IMG/VR virus record: IMGVR_UViG_3300045836_000083
Coordinates: 62 to 64,061 of that record
Reading direction: 5' to 3' (one strand)
From: a virus
Length of the DNA: 64,000 nucleotides
A program made the translations under genes and the position numbers. Positions 10,926 to 22,953 of this stretch are shown here, one piece after another (position 1 is the stretch's first letter; each line of letters begins with the position of its first letter). Below the pieces are notes generated by a model. The model was given only the letters and a program-made list of their open reading frames with translations. It ran no database searches and was not told the origin of the DNA.

Positions 10926-12553
10926 ATGTACCAAGAAATATATGAGATACCAGATAGTGTAAAAGATTTATTTGCACAAGGCGAAAGTAGTTATCGTATT
11001 ATAAACTATAATCCAGGTATGGAAATGGACAATATACAATCCATGAAACATTTCCTTGTCTGTATTGGTGCTTCTAGCGAAAATATAGAATGTGATGACG
11101 GCACCCAAGTAACATTAAAGCATCCGGATTATCCTAATTGGATGGTTATTGATGCAGGAGGTTTAGGAGACTTCTTTTCTCATAGTTTTATGGTTACTAA
11201 ATATATCCCCGGTTAAAAATAAAAGTTATGACAGACAAACAATGGGAAGAAAAAATAAATAACTTTTTATCAGCTATTGAACAAGTTAGAGATAAGCATA
11301 AATTTGAATCAGCAATGATCTTAGGCGCTTCGGAATATACCTTTAGAATAAAATCAATGCACGATGATAAAGCAGCAGCATATGACTTTGTGTTAAGAAA
11401 ACTTAAACGTCAATTTAACCTAAAATAAAACATCATGGCACATCCTTGTATACATTGTGGGGGGGAATGTTATTGCTCCGGGTCATGGGACGACATTATA
11501 GTAGACCATACGCCTAAAAGCTGTAAAGGTTGCGGTTGTGAATCATTCTTGGATTGGGAAGATAATGACTGTGATAATTATTGGGATGATGACGAAGAAG
11601 ATTTAGAAATACTAGATTCACCAAATAAAGTATAAATATGCCCGGACTACGAATAGCAAAAGCAACAGAAGATGATATTGATACAACCAGAAACTTTCTC
11701 CAATCCTGTGAAGTCTTTTGGGATAATAGACAAATATTTTCATTACGAGAACTAGAAAGTGATTGGGAAAACTGGGACGATGATGACCCTGATAAAATAG
11801 AATTAAAGAAAATTCAGCGAGAGCTAGCAGACGAGGAGGGTATAAAAATAAAGTTTCTAGATAATCGTTTAGTAATTTACGAATATATCAAAAGAAAATA
11901 CAAACGAGCAGATAATAAATGGGGCCGTGTAATTATGGCTGCCGATATACTTATTGATAATTGCTGTGATCCCACAGAAAATCACTTAGCATTTTATCCT
12001 GCTTTTGAAATGTTTCACGTTGCGCCTGAACAATAATTACCTGATTAGTTTCTAAAATATGAAAACCATAACCTTTAGGCCACTTCGTAGAGTTAAAAAG
12101 ACCGGTAAAATCACTGTTGCATCCTACATGCAATGGAATAAGGTAAGGTGTGGGGATTATAATAAATTCACCCTAGTAGTAGATACAGAATATAAACAAT
12201 TACCGCTTGATGAATTTGTTTATGACCATAAAGGCGAACTACTCTATTTCTTTGATTATAATCCTGCCGATGTTCCAGTGTTCCAAAGTAATAAACTAAT
12301 GACACTCGACGAAATGATCGGTAACAACAAAATGTATGGTATTCTTTGGGATTATGGAGGACGTGTAAATTATCACATGAGAGGAGCCGATTGTGTTGGA
12401 ACACCAACATTTAGTCATTGGACGGCTGATTATATTGCTGATTATTGGAAAGAACCAAATGATTTTGAACCATTAACAGTTAAGACTGTGGTAACCTGGT
12501 TTGGATGGTTCTTGTACCAATTACAAAATTCATATTTACAAATGGGTAAATAA
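10926..12553 (+). CDS. Five hypothetical genes (10926, 11228, 11435 Cys-rich/acidic, 11638, 12059)
   Basis: Tightly packed co-oriented ORFs. Confidence 0.7.
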
Positions 12554-12585
12554 CACTTGGTAACCTGATTAAAATATTGTAGCGT

Positions 12586-12933
12586 ATGTCAAAAAATAAA
12601 ACCCAAACTAGTTTGGAAGCCTATGCTTCTTTAGGGCCTGATAAAATTAATGAAACATATCGACGTATTTTATGGGCCCTAACTCAAATAGAGGAAGGTA
12701 CGTTTGAAAACATAGCTACTGCACTTAATGAAAAAGAATCCAGGATATGGAAACGCCTTTCAGAAATGGCAAGAATGGATTTGATTTACCGAACAGAAAA
12801 CAAAAGAGAATTATCAAGTGGTAGAATGGGCTATACCTGGAAGGCTACATTAAAAGGTTCTCCTACAATATCTGATCATTCACGTAAAATATCCAAGATA
12901 GCTAATACTGTAAAACAACTTAATCTTTTATGA
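12586..12933 (+). CDS. Winged-helix DNA-binding protein
   Basis: GTFENIATALNEKESRIWKRLSEM followed by a beta-wing (ELSSGRMGYTWK). Confidence 0.6.
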   Translation: MSKNKTQTSLEAYASLGPDKINETYRRILWALTQIEEGTFENIATALNEKESRIWKRLSEMARMDLIYRTENKRELSSGRMGYTWKATLKGSPTISDHSRKISKIANTVKQLNLL

Positions 12934-13682
12934 ATCATGGAAGTTTATTTTCTGGAATAGGAGGGTTTGATTTAGCCGCATCAGGGATGAATTGGGAAAA
13001 TAAATTTCATTGTGATAAAAATTATTTTTGTCAAAAAATATTAAAAAAACATTTTCCTAGCTCTATTTCATATGGAGATATTAAAACAACAGATTTTACA
13101 ATTTGGAGAAATAAAATTGACATCCTTTCAGGAGGATTCCCTTGTCAGCCCTATAGTATCGCAGGAAAAAGAAAAGGTATTGAAGATGAACGCCACTTGT
13201 GGCCGGAAATGCTTAGAGCAATTAGAGAAATTCAGCCAGGTTGGATTGTGGGCGAAAACGTTCGCGGCCTTATTAATTGGGACGGAGGATTGGTATTCGA
13301 CCAAATGCAGGCTGACTTGGAAGCTAATGGCTACGAAACACTCCCGTTTCTACTTCCAGCTTGCGCCGTCAACGCTTGGCACCGCCGAGACAGAATCTGG
13401 TTTATTGCCTACTCCGACGAGTTCAGACGCAAAGGGCGAAAGCAAAGGTTGTGCAAGACACAAGAAGAGGGACATGATAAGAAGGATAACTTTACAAGAT
13501 CATTACAACCAAGTAAGTTCGGAAACAATATACCCACATCCAGAATACTTAGAAGTTCTAATGGGATTTCCGCCCAATTGGACAGAATTGTAGCTCTTGG
13601 TAATGCTGTCGTACCGCAATTAGTGTTTCAAATCTTTAAAGCTATTGATAAATACGAAAAACAACTTAATTTACTCTTATGA
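12930..13682 (+). CDS. C5 cytosine DNA methyltransferase, alpha polypeptide (motifs I-VIII and X)
   Basis: Motif I LFSGIGG, motif IV GGFPCQPYS, motif VI ENV, motif VIII HRRDRIW and motif X ALGNAVVP are present. No motif IX in this frame. Confidence 0.93.
   Translation: MNHGSLFSGIGGFDLAASGMNWENKFHCDKNYFCQKILKKHFPSSISYGDIKTTDFTIWRNKIDILSGGFPCQPYSIAGKRKGIEDERHLWPEMLRAIREIQPGWIVGENVRGLINWDGGLVFDQMQADLEANGYETLPFLLPACAVNAWHRRDRIWFIAYSDEFRRKGRKQRLCKTQEEGHDKKDNFTRSLQPSKFGNNIPTSRILRSSNGISAQLDRIVALGNAVVPQLVFQIFKAIDKYEKQLNLLL
13072..13593 (+). CDS. Nested +1-frame ORF: methyltransferase beta polypeptide (variable region/TRD plus motif IX)
   Basis: Encodes LLPTPTSSD...PHPEYLEVLMGFPPNWT, the TRD and motif IX text missing from the alpha frame. 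Confidence 0.85.
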   Translation: MEILKQQILQFGEIKLTSFQEDSLVSPIVSQEKEKVLKMNATCGRKCLEQLEKFSQVGLWAKTFAALLIGTEDWYSTKCRLTWKLMATKHSRFYFQLAPSTLGTAETESGLLPTPTSSDAKGESKGCARHKKRDMIRRITLQDHYNQVSSETIYPHPEYLEVLMGFPPNWTEL

Positions 13683-14943
13683 CCGTAGAAAATTTATTGA
13701 AACCAAGATACAAATTAATAGCTGATTATCCAGGTAATATGCTAAAAATAGGACACATATTTGAGTTGGTACAACATGAATTTTTTAGCGAATACCCACA
13801 TTTATTTAAGCCACTTGAATGGCATGAAGATCGTAAACCTGAAGATATTTGTGAATATGTTAAAACTAATCCAGAAAGAACAATTGAAAGTTTTGTTTCA
13901 AAAGTAATATCAGTGGAATTATTTGATGATGGTATCGGTATATCTACAGAAAACCGTCTAGGTAAATTTCCTTATACTCACTCTAAATATTTTTTACCAG
14001 CGACAAAAGAAGAATACCAAGCATTCGTTAATTCACAAAATTCAAAATAATATGTGGCGACGTTATCGTTTTAGGACAAAATCAGTAGATGATGAAAGAC
14101 CTATAATCTTTAACCGTGCATATCCTTGGTGGTGTTCTGGATATGGACTCGGAGGAACAATTAATGAACCAGGATATGATTCAGCAATTATCATAGCTTT
14201 TTTACCTTCAAACGAAGATTTAAAAAAATATTGGCCTGATGCTTATGAAGTTGAATATACCGAACATGAAACAATTGAGTTTAGCGATCGTTTCCCAAAA
14301 CCATCCTATTATGAAGAATTAAATTCAAAATAAATGATACTAGAAGATATATGACAAAATACGAATATTATTTATTGGAAGAACTTTTGGGAAAACTACA
14401 TCTGGAATTAAAGCACCGGTATTGCATAATTCCGGGTCATCTTGCAGACGGATACCACATTGCTATTTACAACACAAAAAACGGAGATGTTAAAGCAACT
14501 GCTGATGCCGCAACGATCATGGATGCCGTGGCGGCTATAAATACTAAATAATTTACATGAAAATAAGTAAGCGCCAACGGAGATTAGAAGCCCAACGACT
14601 GCTTAATAAACCAGAAACCAAATTTGAGGCGATAGATTTAAGTAAGCCTGCATTTATTCCTGAAGGCATGACCAGGGCATTTAGAAACAATAGGTACACC
14701 GTAATGATCTACGATAACTGCAAAACAACTCATGGAACAGCAATACAAGTGCTTATCCAAAATCATTTCGACGAACCGATAAAGAACCATTGGGGCGAAA
14801 TACAGCGTATTAAAAATGAAATATTTGGGCCCGAAGTAATGGCCATTGAATATTATCCCGCAGAATCAGAATTAATAAACGACCATAATATTTATTGGAT
14901 ATTCATTTATCCACAAGGAGTTATCCCTAAAATATTTACATGA
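13679..14943 (+). CDS. Four hypothetical genes (13679, 14052, 14351, 14557)
   Basis: From the ORF track. 14557..14943 has a WGEIQRIKNEIFG...EYYP...NIYW pattern common in phage proteins. Confidence 0.7.
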
Positions 14944-15023
14944 AAAACCACACGATCAATAACCGTTCCCAGTTCCAATAATCCTATCTTACCTCACTGT
15001 GTACAAAAAAATACTCAATAAAT

Positions 15024-15055
15024 TTTGTTAATTCAAAACCTGTGCCGTAGCATTG
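15024..15055 (+). promoter_or_regulatory. Probable Bacteroidota-type promoter
   Basis: TTTG (15024-27), N20, then TAGCATTG (15048-55), one mismatch to TAnnTTTG. Confidence 0.5.
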
Positions 15056-15074
15056 TGTCTTAATATTTACCCAA

Positions 15075-15278
15075 ATGACTTTAACCCCTTTAGATGAAAT
15101 AGCTATTGAAGCTCAATACAAAGCTATTATCCAGGTTTTAGAACAAGTGGACTTCAATAAGTCTAAAGCCGCAACTTTACTCCAAATAGACCGTAAAACA
15201 CTTTATAATAAAATTCACGCATACAAAGAATTGAAAGCCATAAGGGCTTCCGGTAATCCTATTCCTGAAACCCTTTAA
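15075..15278 (+). CDS. Fis-family (HTH_8) DNA-binding protein
   Basis: IIQVLEQVDFNKSKAATLLQIDRKTLYNKI. Confidence 0.88.
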   Translation: MTLTPLDEIAIEAQYKAIIQVLEQVDFNKSKAATLLQIDRKTLYNKIHAYKELKAIRASGNPIPETL

Positions 15279-15288
15279 AAAATGAGGC

Positions 15289-15969
15289 ATGGCAAAAGAC
15301 CCTGCATTTTTATTTTACCCGGGGGATTATTTAAGAGATACTCAGTGTTTATCAGAAAAAGCACAAGTAGCCTATGACAGAATCATGTGTGAACACATGA
15401 GGAACATATGTAAAGATGTGTCGAAGATAGGCATAACAAAAGATAAACTAAATTTCTTCACAAAACGGCTCAATGAGGATGAAAAGAGCGACCTAATGAG
15501 TGTTTTAGTAAAAACCGGCGAAATTTTTCAAATTGAATGGGTCGCTTTAAGTATTTGTAAAAGAAAGAATTATAGCGATAATAGAGCTGAAAACAGACGT
15601 GGAAAAAAGTCAAAAGATATGAAAACATATGTTTCACATATGGAAAATGCAAATGAAAATGTAAATGATATTGTATTAAAAGGGGGTGTGGGGGAAAACG
15701 GATTATGTTATGACATCGAAAAATATCTACTTGCACATCCTAAAGACTTTCAGGCCGTGGCTTCAAGTAGCCATAGATTACCAGATGAAGTAAAAAACAG
15801 CCTCACTAAATATCATTTATTCCTACAAAAGAAAGAGGATTACCCTAAAAAGCCACTACCTCTTATATCAGGCTTTAAACTTTGGTTAATGAATGAAAAA
15901 AGCAATAAAAATGGAATTACCCCTAAATCAGAACTTGAATCAGTTGGTAAAAAATTTACATCTGACTGA
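15289..15969 (+). CDS. Phage replication initiator (YdaU/DUF1376-like N-terminus)
   Basis: MAKDPAFLFYPGDYL start, MENANEN linker, and position directly before a DnaC-like ATPase. Confidence 0.65.
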   Translation: MAKDPAFLFYPGDYLRDTQCLSEKAQVAYDRIMCEHMRNICKDVSKIGITKDKLNFFTKRLNEDEKSDLMSVLVKTGEIFQIEWVALSICKRKNYSDNRAENRRGKKSKDMKTYVSHMENANENVNDIVLKGGVGENGLCYDIEKYLLAHPKDFQAVASSSHRLPDEVKNSLTKYHLFLQKKEDYPKKPLPLISGFKLWLMNEKSNKNGITPKSELESVGKKFTSD

Positions 15970-16834
15970 TATCGAAAGTACCGAAGAATCTTATATTCTG
16001 ACGCCCATAGAGGAAGAACGACTTATCCAAAACGCTTTAAAACGCGCAAGAGAGTTTAAAGAATGGAAATTGAAAGGAATCTTCAAGACAAAAGAAGAAA
16101 TCGATTTTAAGCTGTCTCAGGTGGATTTTAACGCAGAAATTGATCGGACTGCAATCTTGAAGCTGGCAAATTCCGTAAAACATCACGAATTGTGGCAGCA
16201 AGAACGCCGAAAAAAGGAAAAAGAGCAGGAAGAAGATAGACGCCAGGAATTACAGAAAATGTGGACTGCAAAAAAGTTTTTTGCATTAATGAAATGGGCT
16301 AGTGAAGTGAAATATAATAAGGATCTAATTGTAAACGAGCATAATAAAAAACTTATATCTGCACTTTGCTTTTTGGGGAGTAATGACCACAGATACGAAA
16401 CTGAACTTAATTATTCATTTAGTAAGGGGTTACTAGTTAGGGGCGCATCTGGTTTAGGTAAAACTCATTTGGTAAGATGTATTGAAGAAAATCAGCTTAA
16501 GCCCATTCTTACTTTAAGTATGCTGGAAATAACAGATGAAATTAAAAATAAGGGAGAATTTGATATACAACTAGGTGATAAAAAAATCATATACTTGGAT
16601 GATGTAGGTACAGAAGAAACAGTTGTAAATCATTATGGCACCAAAATATCCTTCTTTAAAAACTTTATTGAAACTATATATCTAAGACGTAAAAATTTTA
16701 GCGAATTAATTATTTCCACCAATTTAAATTTCAAAGGTATTGAAGAAAAGTATGGCTTTCGTGTTGCAAGTCGGATGCGGGAAATGTTTAACGTCATTGA
16801 TATTTTTGGTGAAGATATGCGTAAAACAAATTGA
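15893..16834 (+). CDS. DnaC/IstB-like P-loop ATPase (helicase loader); start may be 15911
   Basis: Walker A GASGLGKT, Walker B YLDDVGTE, IISTNL, and YGFRVASRMREM. Confidence 0.85.
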   Translation: MKKAIKMELPLNQNLNQLVKNLHLTDIESTEESYILTPIEEERLIQNALKRAREFKEWKLKGIFKTKEEIDFKLSQVDFNAEIDRTAILKLANSVKHHELWQQERRKKEKEQEEDRRQELQKMWTAKKFFALMKWASEVKYNKDLIVNEHNKKLISALCFLGSNDHRYETELNYSFSKGLLVRGASGLGKTHLVRCIEENQLKPILTLSMLEITDEIKNKGEFDIQLGDKKIIYLDDVGTEETVVNHYGTKISFFKNFIETIYLRRKNFSELIISTNLNFKGIEEKYGFRVASRMREMFNVIDIFGEDMRKTN

Positions 16835-16858
16835 TAAACTACCTGTAAAGATTTTAAA

Positions 16859-18808
<1,950 letters not shown>

Positions 18809-19250
18809 CAGCCAAAGAGTATTACTTCAAAGAAACAAGTAGCCATGAGTTCTTAAACAATGATGCTATAATAGAAATAATGCAGAAATTCGCCAAACAT
18901 AAAATTGAAGAGCGAGATAACCAGTGGGAAAATGAATTGGCCTTAAATAGTACTGTAACAAGATGTACAATAAATAAATTAGAGTACTAAAATATATGTA
19001 TCTTCATTACCAAAATATAACTCTAAAATGAGAATGTTACTAACCCCTGATCAAGAGTCTGCTTTGTGGCATTTAGGAGAAACTATTAAAACTCCATCTG
19101 GTAAAACAATACAATATTTCCCCTATTATATGCAATCTGTTGCGCCTGGTGAATATGAAAGGCTGACATTTGAACAACTCCCCTCTGATGCAAAAGACAT
19201 GCTTTTAGCTAACAAAGGAATCAATATAAACACAAAAGAATCATATTAAC

Positions 19251-20669
19251 ATGATTATTTTAGATAAGGTTACAATGATTTGTGCAGACTGTTATAATCA
19301 TGGATTAGCAATAGCAGCATTAAAAAAAAGTTTATCACAAGTTACGCCAGCAAGAACAATTTTTTTTACAGACAAACCTTTTCATCTACCAGGAATAGAA
19401 ACTATAATTATTGAACCAATTCGCTCCAAAAGAGAATATTCAAGGTTTATAATAAAGGAACTTCACAAGTATGTCGAAACTGAGTTTATCCTTATAGTTC
19501 AAGGGGATGGGTATGTACTCGATGCTAATCAATGGTCGGAAGAATTTTTAAAATATGACGCTATCGGTGCCCCTTGGCCTTATGACCATGATAGAAGAGT
19601 AGGAAACGGGGGAGCAGCAATAAGGAGCCAAAAATTACAAAAAATATTAGGTACTGATGAATTAATAGATGTAGTGCATCCGGAAGATCAATCTGTTTCA
19701 ATTATATACAAGTTTTATTTAGAAGAAAAATATGGTATTAAATTCGCTCCCGAAGAACTGGCATCTAAATTTTCCTTTGAATTAATAGAACCAACGTCCC
19801 CTACATTTGCCTTTCATAGTTTTCATTGGCCGCCTTATCGGAAAACAGTAGTTATATCAAGACACGCTAGCTTGGGAGATGTAATCATGTGTGAGCCAGT
19901 TTTACACCATTTTTATTTAAAAGGATATAGAGTAGTACTCGATACACTTCCACAATTTTATGAACTATTTAGAAACCATTATTTTCCTGTAGAGTATTAC
20001 GAACACTTTAATAAAAAGGTAAAACATGAAGTTATAAATCTGAATATGTCATATGAGTCCGATCCCCAAAAACTTCATTTAAAAGCATATTATGAATTTG
20101 CTGGTGTACCAGAAGATGAACAAGTAATACGAAATCCAAAATTAAACTATCAAGTAGAGGCAAACTCAAAGCTATTTAATAAATACGCTGTAATTCATAT
20201 TGATAAACGTCCCGATGGGCATAGAGACTGTAACGGGATTAATTGGAAAGAAATAGTAGAATTATTAAATCAAAAAGGATATACGGCTATCCAAATAGGA
20301 AAGGGAGAACATGAAAATACCGGTGCTATTGAAATGAAAACTGTTACCCAGGATTTATTATGCTATCTTATTGCAGGTTGTGATCTATTTATCGGTATTG
20401 ATAGTGGGCCGTCAAATATTGCATTAGCAACCGGTAGAAAAATGATAACATTTCATGGCTCCGTAAATCCAGATTATATTTATCCAGAAACTAATAACGT
20501 TTATCCAAGGAGTAACCATTATGGGAAAGTAAAACCATGTAATACTCCTTTTTGCTGGCATAATGCAATAGGATGTGAAGGAATGAAATGTGTAGTAAAT
20601 GAAAAAAATCCTCCTTGTGCCATCTATTCAACCGAATCTTTAATATATAAAATACTTCACTTGGAGTAA
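19251..20669 (+). CDS. Two-domain glycosyltransferase: DUF5672-like N-domain fused to a GT9 (heptosyltransferase-like) GT-B domain
   Basis: N-half: IVQGDGY...YDAIGAPW...VGNGG...RSQKL...PED. C-half: SLGDVIMCEPVL...DLFIGIDSGPSNIALATG. Confidence 0.85.
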   Translation: MIILDKVTMICADCYNHGLAIAALKKSLSQVTPARTIFFTDKPFHLPGIETIIIEPIRSKREYSRFIIKELHKYVETEFILIVQGDGYVLDANQWSEEFLKYDAIGAPWPYDHDRRVGNGGAAIRSQKLQKILGTDELIDVVHPEDQSVSIIYKFYLEEKYGIKFAPEELASKFSFELIEPTSPTFAFHSFHWPPYRKTVVISRHASLGDVIMCEPVLHHFYLKGYRVVLDTLPQFYELFRNHYFPVEYYEHFNKKVKHEVINLNMSYESDPQKLHLKAYYEFAGVPEDEQVIRNPKLNYQVEANSKLFNKYAVIHIDKRPDGHRDCNGINWKEIVELLNQKGYTAIQIGKGEHENTGAIEMKTVTQDLLCYLIAGCDLFIGIDSGPSNIALATGRKMITFHGSVNPDYIYPETNNVYPRSNHYGKVKPCNTPFCWHNAIGCEGMKCVVNEKNPPCAIYSTESLIYKILHLE

Positions 20670-20674
20670 ATTCA

Positions 20675-21319
20675 ATGAGAGAACTAACCGATGCAGAATT
20701 AATGGTAGCTACGGAAGAAGAAATAAACTTCTATAATAAATGCATAGAGGGGTTGCCTTCTATAAATGGCTTAAATGGTGATGGCCTTGGTGAAAATGGG
20801 GAGCCATTGGTATACGGTTCAGGGCCACACATCGTCAAGCATTTTATTGAAACCGTAAAAATAGTTCAGCCAAAACGAATATTTGAAATTGGATTCAATT
20901 TGGGCTATTCCGCTGCTATATGGATGGAGGTGAGTGAAGCGGAAGTTTGTAGTTGCGATATAAGCGAAAGAGAGGAAACCATTAAAGCCGCTAGATTCTT
21001 GGAGCATAAATATAGGTTTCATGATCGGTTTACATTTAATCATAGGTATGATTTAGACGATGAGAACGGTGGCGTAAATCCGTTCCATGAATTTTATTTC
21101 GATCTTGCTTTTATTGATGGCGGTCATGATACTTCAAGCATAATAAAGGATATTGTGCTATGTAAAAAATGGAGGATACCATTTCTTTTGTTTGACGACT
21201 GGTATCCGCGTTTTGCAGACACTCAAATAGCGGTAGCACAATTCCCTGAACTAGAACTAGTAAAAGATATGAATAATCTCAGACTTTATAAAGTAAACCA
21301 TGGGAGTAACAAGGTATAA
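20675..21319 (+). CDS. Class I SAM-dependent methyltransferase (Methyltransf_24-like)
   Basis: FEIGFNLGYSA, DLAFIDGGH and FDDW. Confidence 0.85.
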   Translation: MRELTDAELMVATEEEINFYNKCIEGLPSINGLNGDGLGENGEPLVYGSGPHIVKHFIETVKIVQPKRIFEIGFNLGYSAAIWMEVSEAEVCSCDISEREETIKAARFLEHKYRFHDRFTFNHRYDLDDENGGVNPFHEFYFDLAFIDGGHDTSSIIKDIVLCKKWRIPFLLFDDWYPRFADTQIAVAQFPELELVKDMNNLRLYKVNHGSNKV

Positions 21320-21569
21320 GAAAATAGTAGAATGCGAATGCGGGTGTAATTATGGTAGCCCATGCGGCAGAAAGATCGCTTATTTATTCTGTTACAATCG
21401 CTCTGTAGATATTGGATCACTATACATAAAAGATCATGCAGAAAAAGAGGAAAGTAAATACCAGCATATTAAAAGCATGGGCGATAACGAAATATCTGCA
21501 TTAATTGAAGTATTAACAGCAAACGATACAATTGAAGAAATTACGGATGAAGAACGAAAATTAATATAA
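21300..21569 (+). CDS. Hypothetical protein
   Basis: From the ORF track; Cys cluster CECGC..C. Confidence 0.55.
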   Translation: MGVTRYKKIVECECGCNYGSPCGRKIAYLFCYNRSVDIGSLYIKDHAEKEESKYQHIKSMGDNEISALIEVLTANDTIEEITDEERKLI

Positions 21570-21583
21570 TTAACTTAAAATCA

Positions 21584-22249
21584 ATGACAACTGAACAAAA
21601 AATAGAAGCTATTCAATTGGCTATTAAAAAAGCAAACAATCTTGAATCTAAAATGGATGATGTGGCGTGGTCAGTGCCGGCGCTATCTTCTTTGCGTATA
21701 CGGCATTTAATGAATAACCTGGGGGCAATATCAACAAGGTATATGGAACACGGCACACACAAAGGGGGGCTTTTTTGTTCTGTTTTAAGGAATAATCCTA
21801 ATATTGAGATTGCCTATTGGGGGGACAGTTTTGCTTCGGATAAAATCACAGGCGAAAATGTGGAAGAACAATTCGAGATAAACTATTTAAAATGCATAGA
21901 GGGAACGGATGTTCTTATCCTTGGTGCCGTAGATGATACCTTCAATTTATACCCTAATTTCGGGGATGGGGTTGATTTATATTGCTTTGATGCAGATCAT
22001 TCATATGAAAGCCAGAGAAAGGCTATGAGCCATTTTTTGCCATCAATGGCAAGCGTCTTTGTTGTGTGTGTTGACGATTGGCAATATGGTGATGTTAAGC
22101 AAGGAACCTTGGATGGTATAGCGGACAGCAAGTGTGAGGTGTTGTTTCATCAGGAATTATTAAATTCAGAACCGTATAATGAAAATGAACATCGGAATGA
22201 TGAATATTGGCGCGGGTTTGCAATTTTCTTATTAAGAAAACCAGAATAA
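21584..22249 (+). CDS. Class I SAM-dependent methyltransferase (Methyltransf_24-like), second
   Basis: MEHGTHKGG, DLYCFDADHSY and CVDDW. Confidence 0.8.
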   Translation: MTTEQKIEAIQLAIKKANNLESKMDDVAWSVPALSSLRIRHLMNNLGAISTRYMEHGTHKGGLFCSVLRNNPNIEIAYWGDSFASDKITGENVEEQFEINYLKCIEGTDVLILGAVDDTFNLYPNFGDGVDLYCFDADHSYESQRKAMSHFLPSMASVFVVCVDDWQYGDVKQGTLDGIADSKCEVLFHQELLNSEPYNENEHRNDEYWRGFAIFLLRKPE

Positions 22250-22752
22250 TGGAAATTATTATTACCTCTGAACTGTATGGTAGTCATAAGGTTTATTATG
22301 ACGATGAAGATCATAATTTAGTGAGTCAATTCAATTGGCATATTGCAAAGGGGAAGAGGGATGTTTTTTATGTAAGGGCAAGAGTGCCAAATAAATTAAG
22401 GGGGAAATTTGGCTTTAACTCAATTCGGATGCATAGGTTGATTATGGGGGCGAATGAAGAGCAGGTGGTAGATCATATTGATCATGACGGTTGCAATAAT
22501 AAAAAAAGCAATTTACGGTTTGTGTCAAGCAAAGAAAGCATGGCAAACACAAGAAAACATTCAGATGGCCTGACCGGTTTCAAGGGTGTTACTTTTCAAA
22601 AGAAGAAAGGTTTATATCATGCCAGGATAAGGGTGGATGGCAAATTAATATCACTTGGTAGAAGTAAAAATCCTATAATAGCAGCCGAGAAATATAACAA
22701 GGCCGCCTTAAAGTATTTTGGTGAATTTGCTCATTTAAATGCTATACCATAA
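22249..22752 (+). CDS. HNH-AP2 homing endonuclease (likely start ATG 22249, coupled to the upstream TAA)
   Basis: RMHRLIM...VDHIDHDGCNNKKSNLR followed by an AP2 domain (FKGV...YHARI...AAEKYNKAALKYFGEFA). Confidence 0.93.
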   Translation: MEIIITSELYGSHKVYYDDEDHNLVSQFNWHIAKGKRDVFYVRARVPNKLRGKFGFNSIRMHRLIMGANEEQVVDHIDHDGCNNKKSNLRFVSSKESMANTRKHSDGLTGFKGVTFQKKKGLYHARIRVDGKLISLGRSKNPIIAAEKYNKAALKYFGEFAHLNAIP

Positions 22753-22953
22753 TGAAGACTATACCCCAATACAAGGGAAAAGACCTGATTGAAAATATTC
22801 ACCTAATGAATGACGACGACTATAATGTTGTGAGAAATAGAGAAATAATATTTCATTCACATGATTTATACGAGGCTCAAAATGTTGCAGCAAAAGAAAA
22901 GGGCGTTATTTTCGGGAAGGGGATTATATATTTTTTCAGCATAATCAATTGTA

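Noticed and set aside
12011-12020. parS half-site TGTTTCACGT
   Set aside because: The second half is absent and it lies in coding sequence; probably chance.
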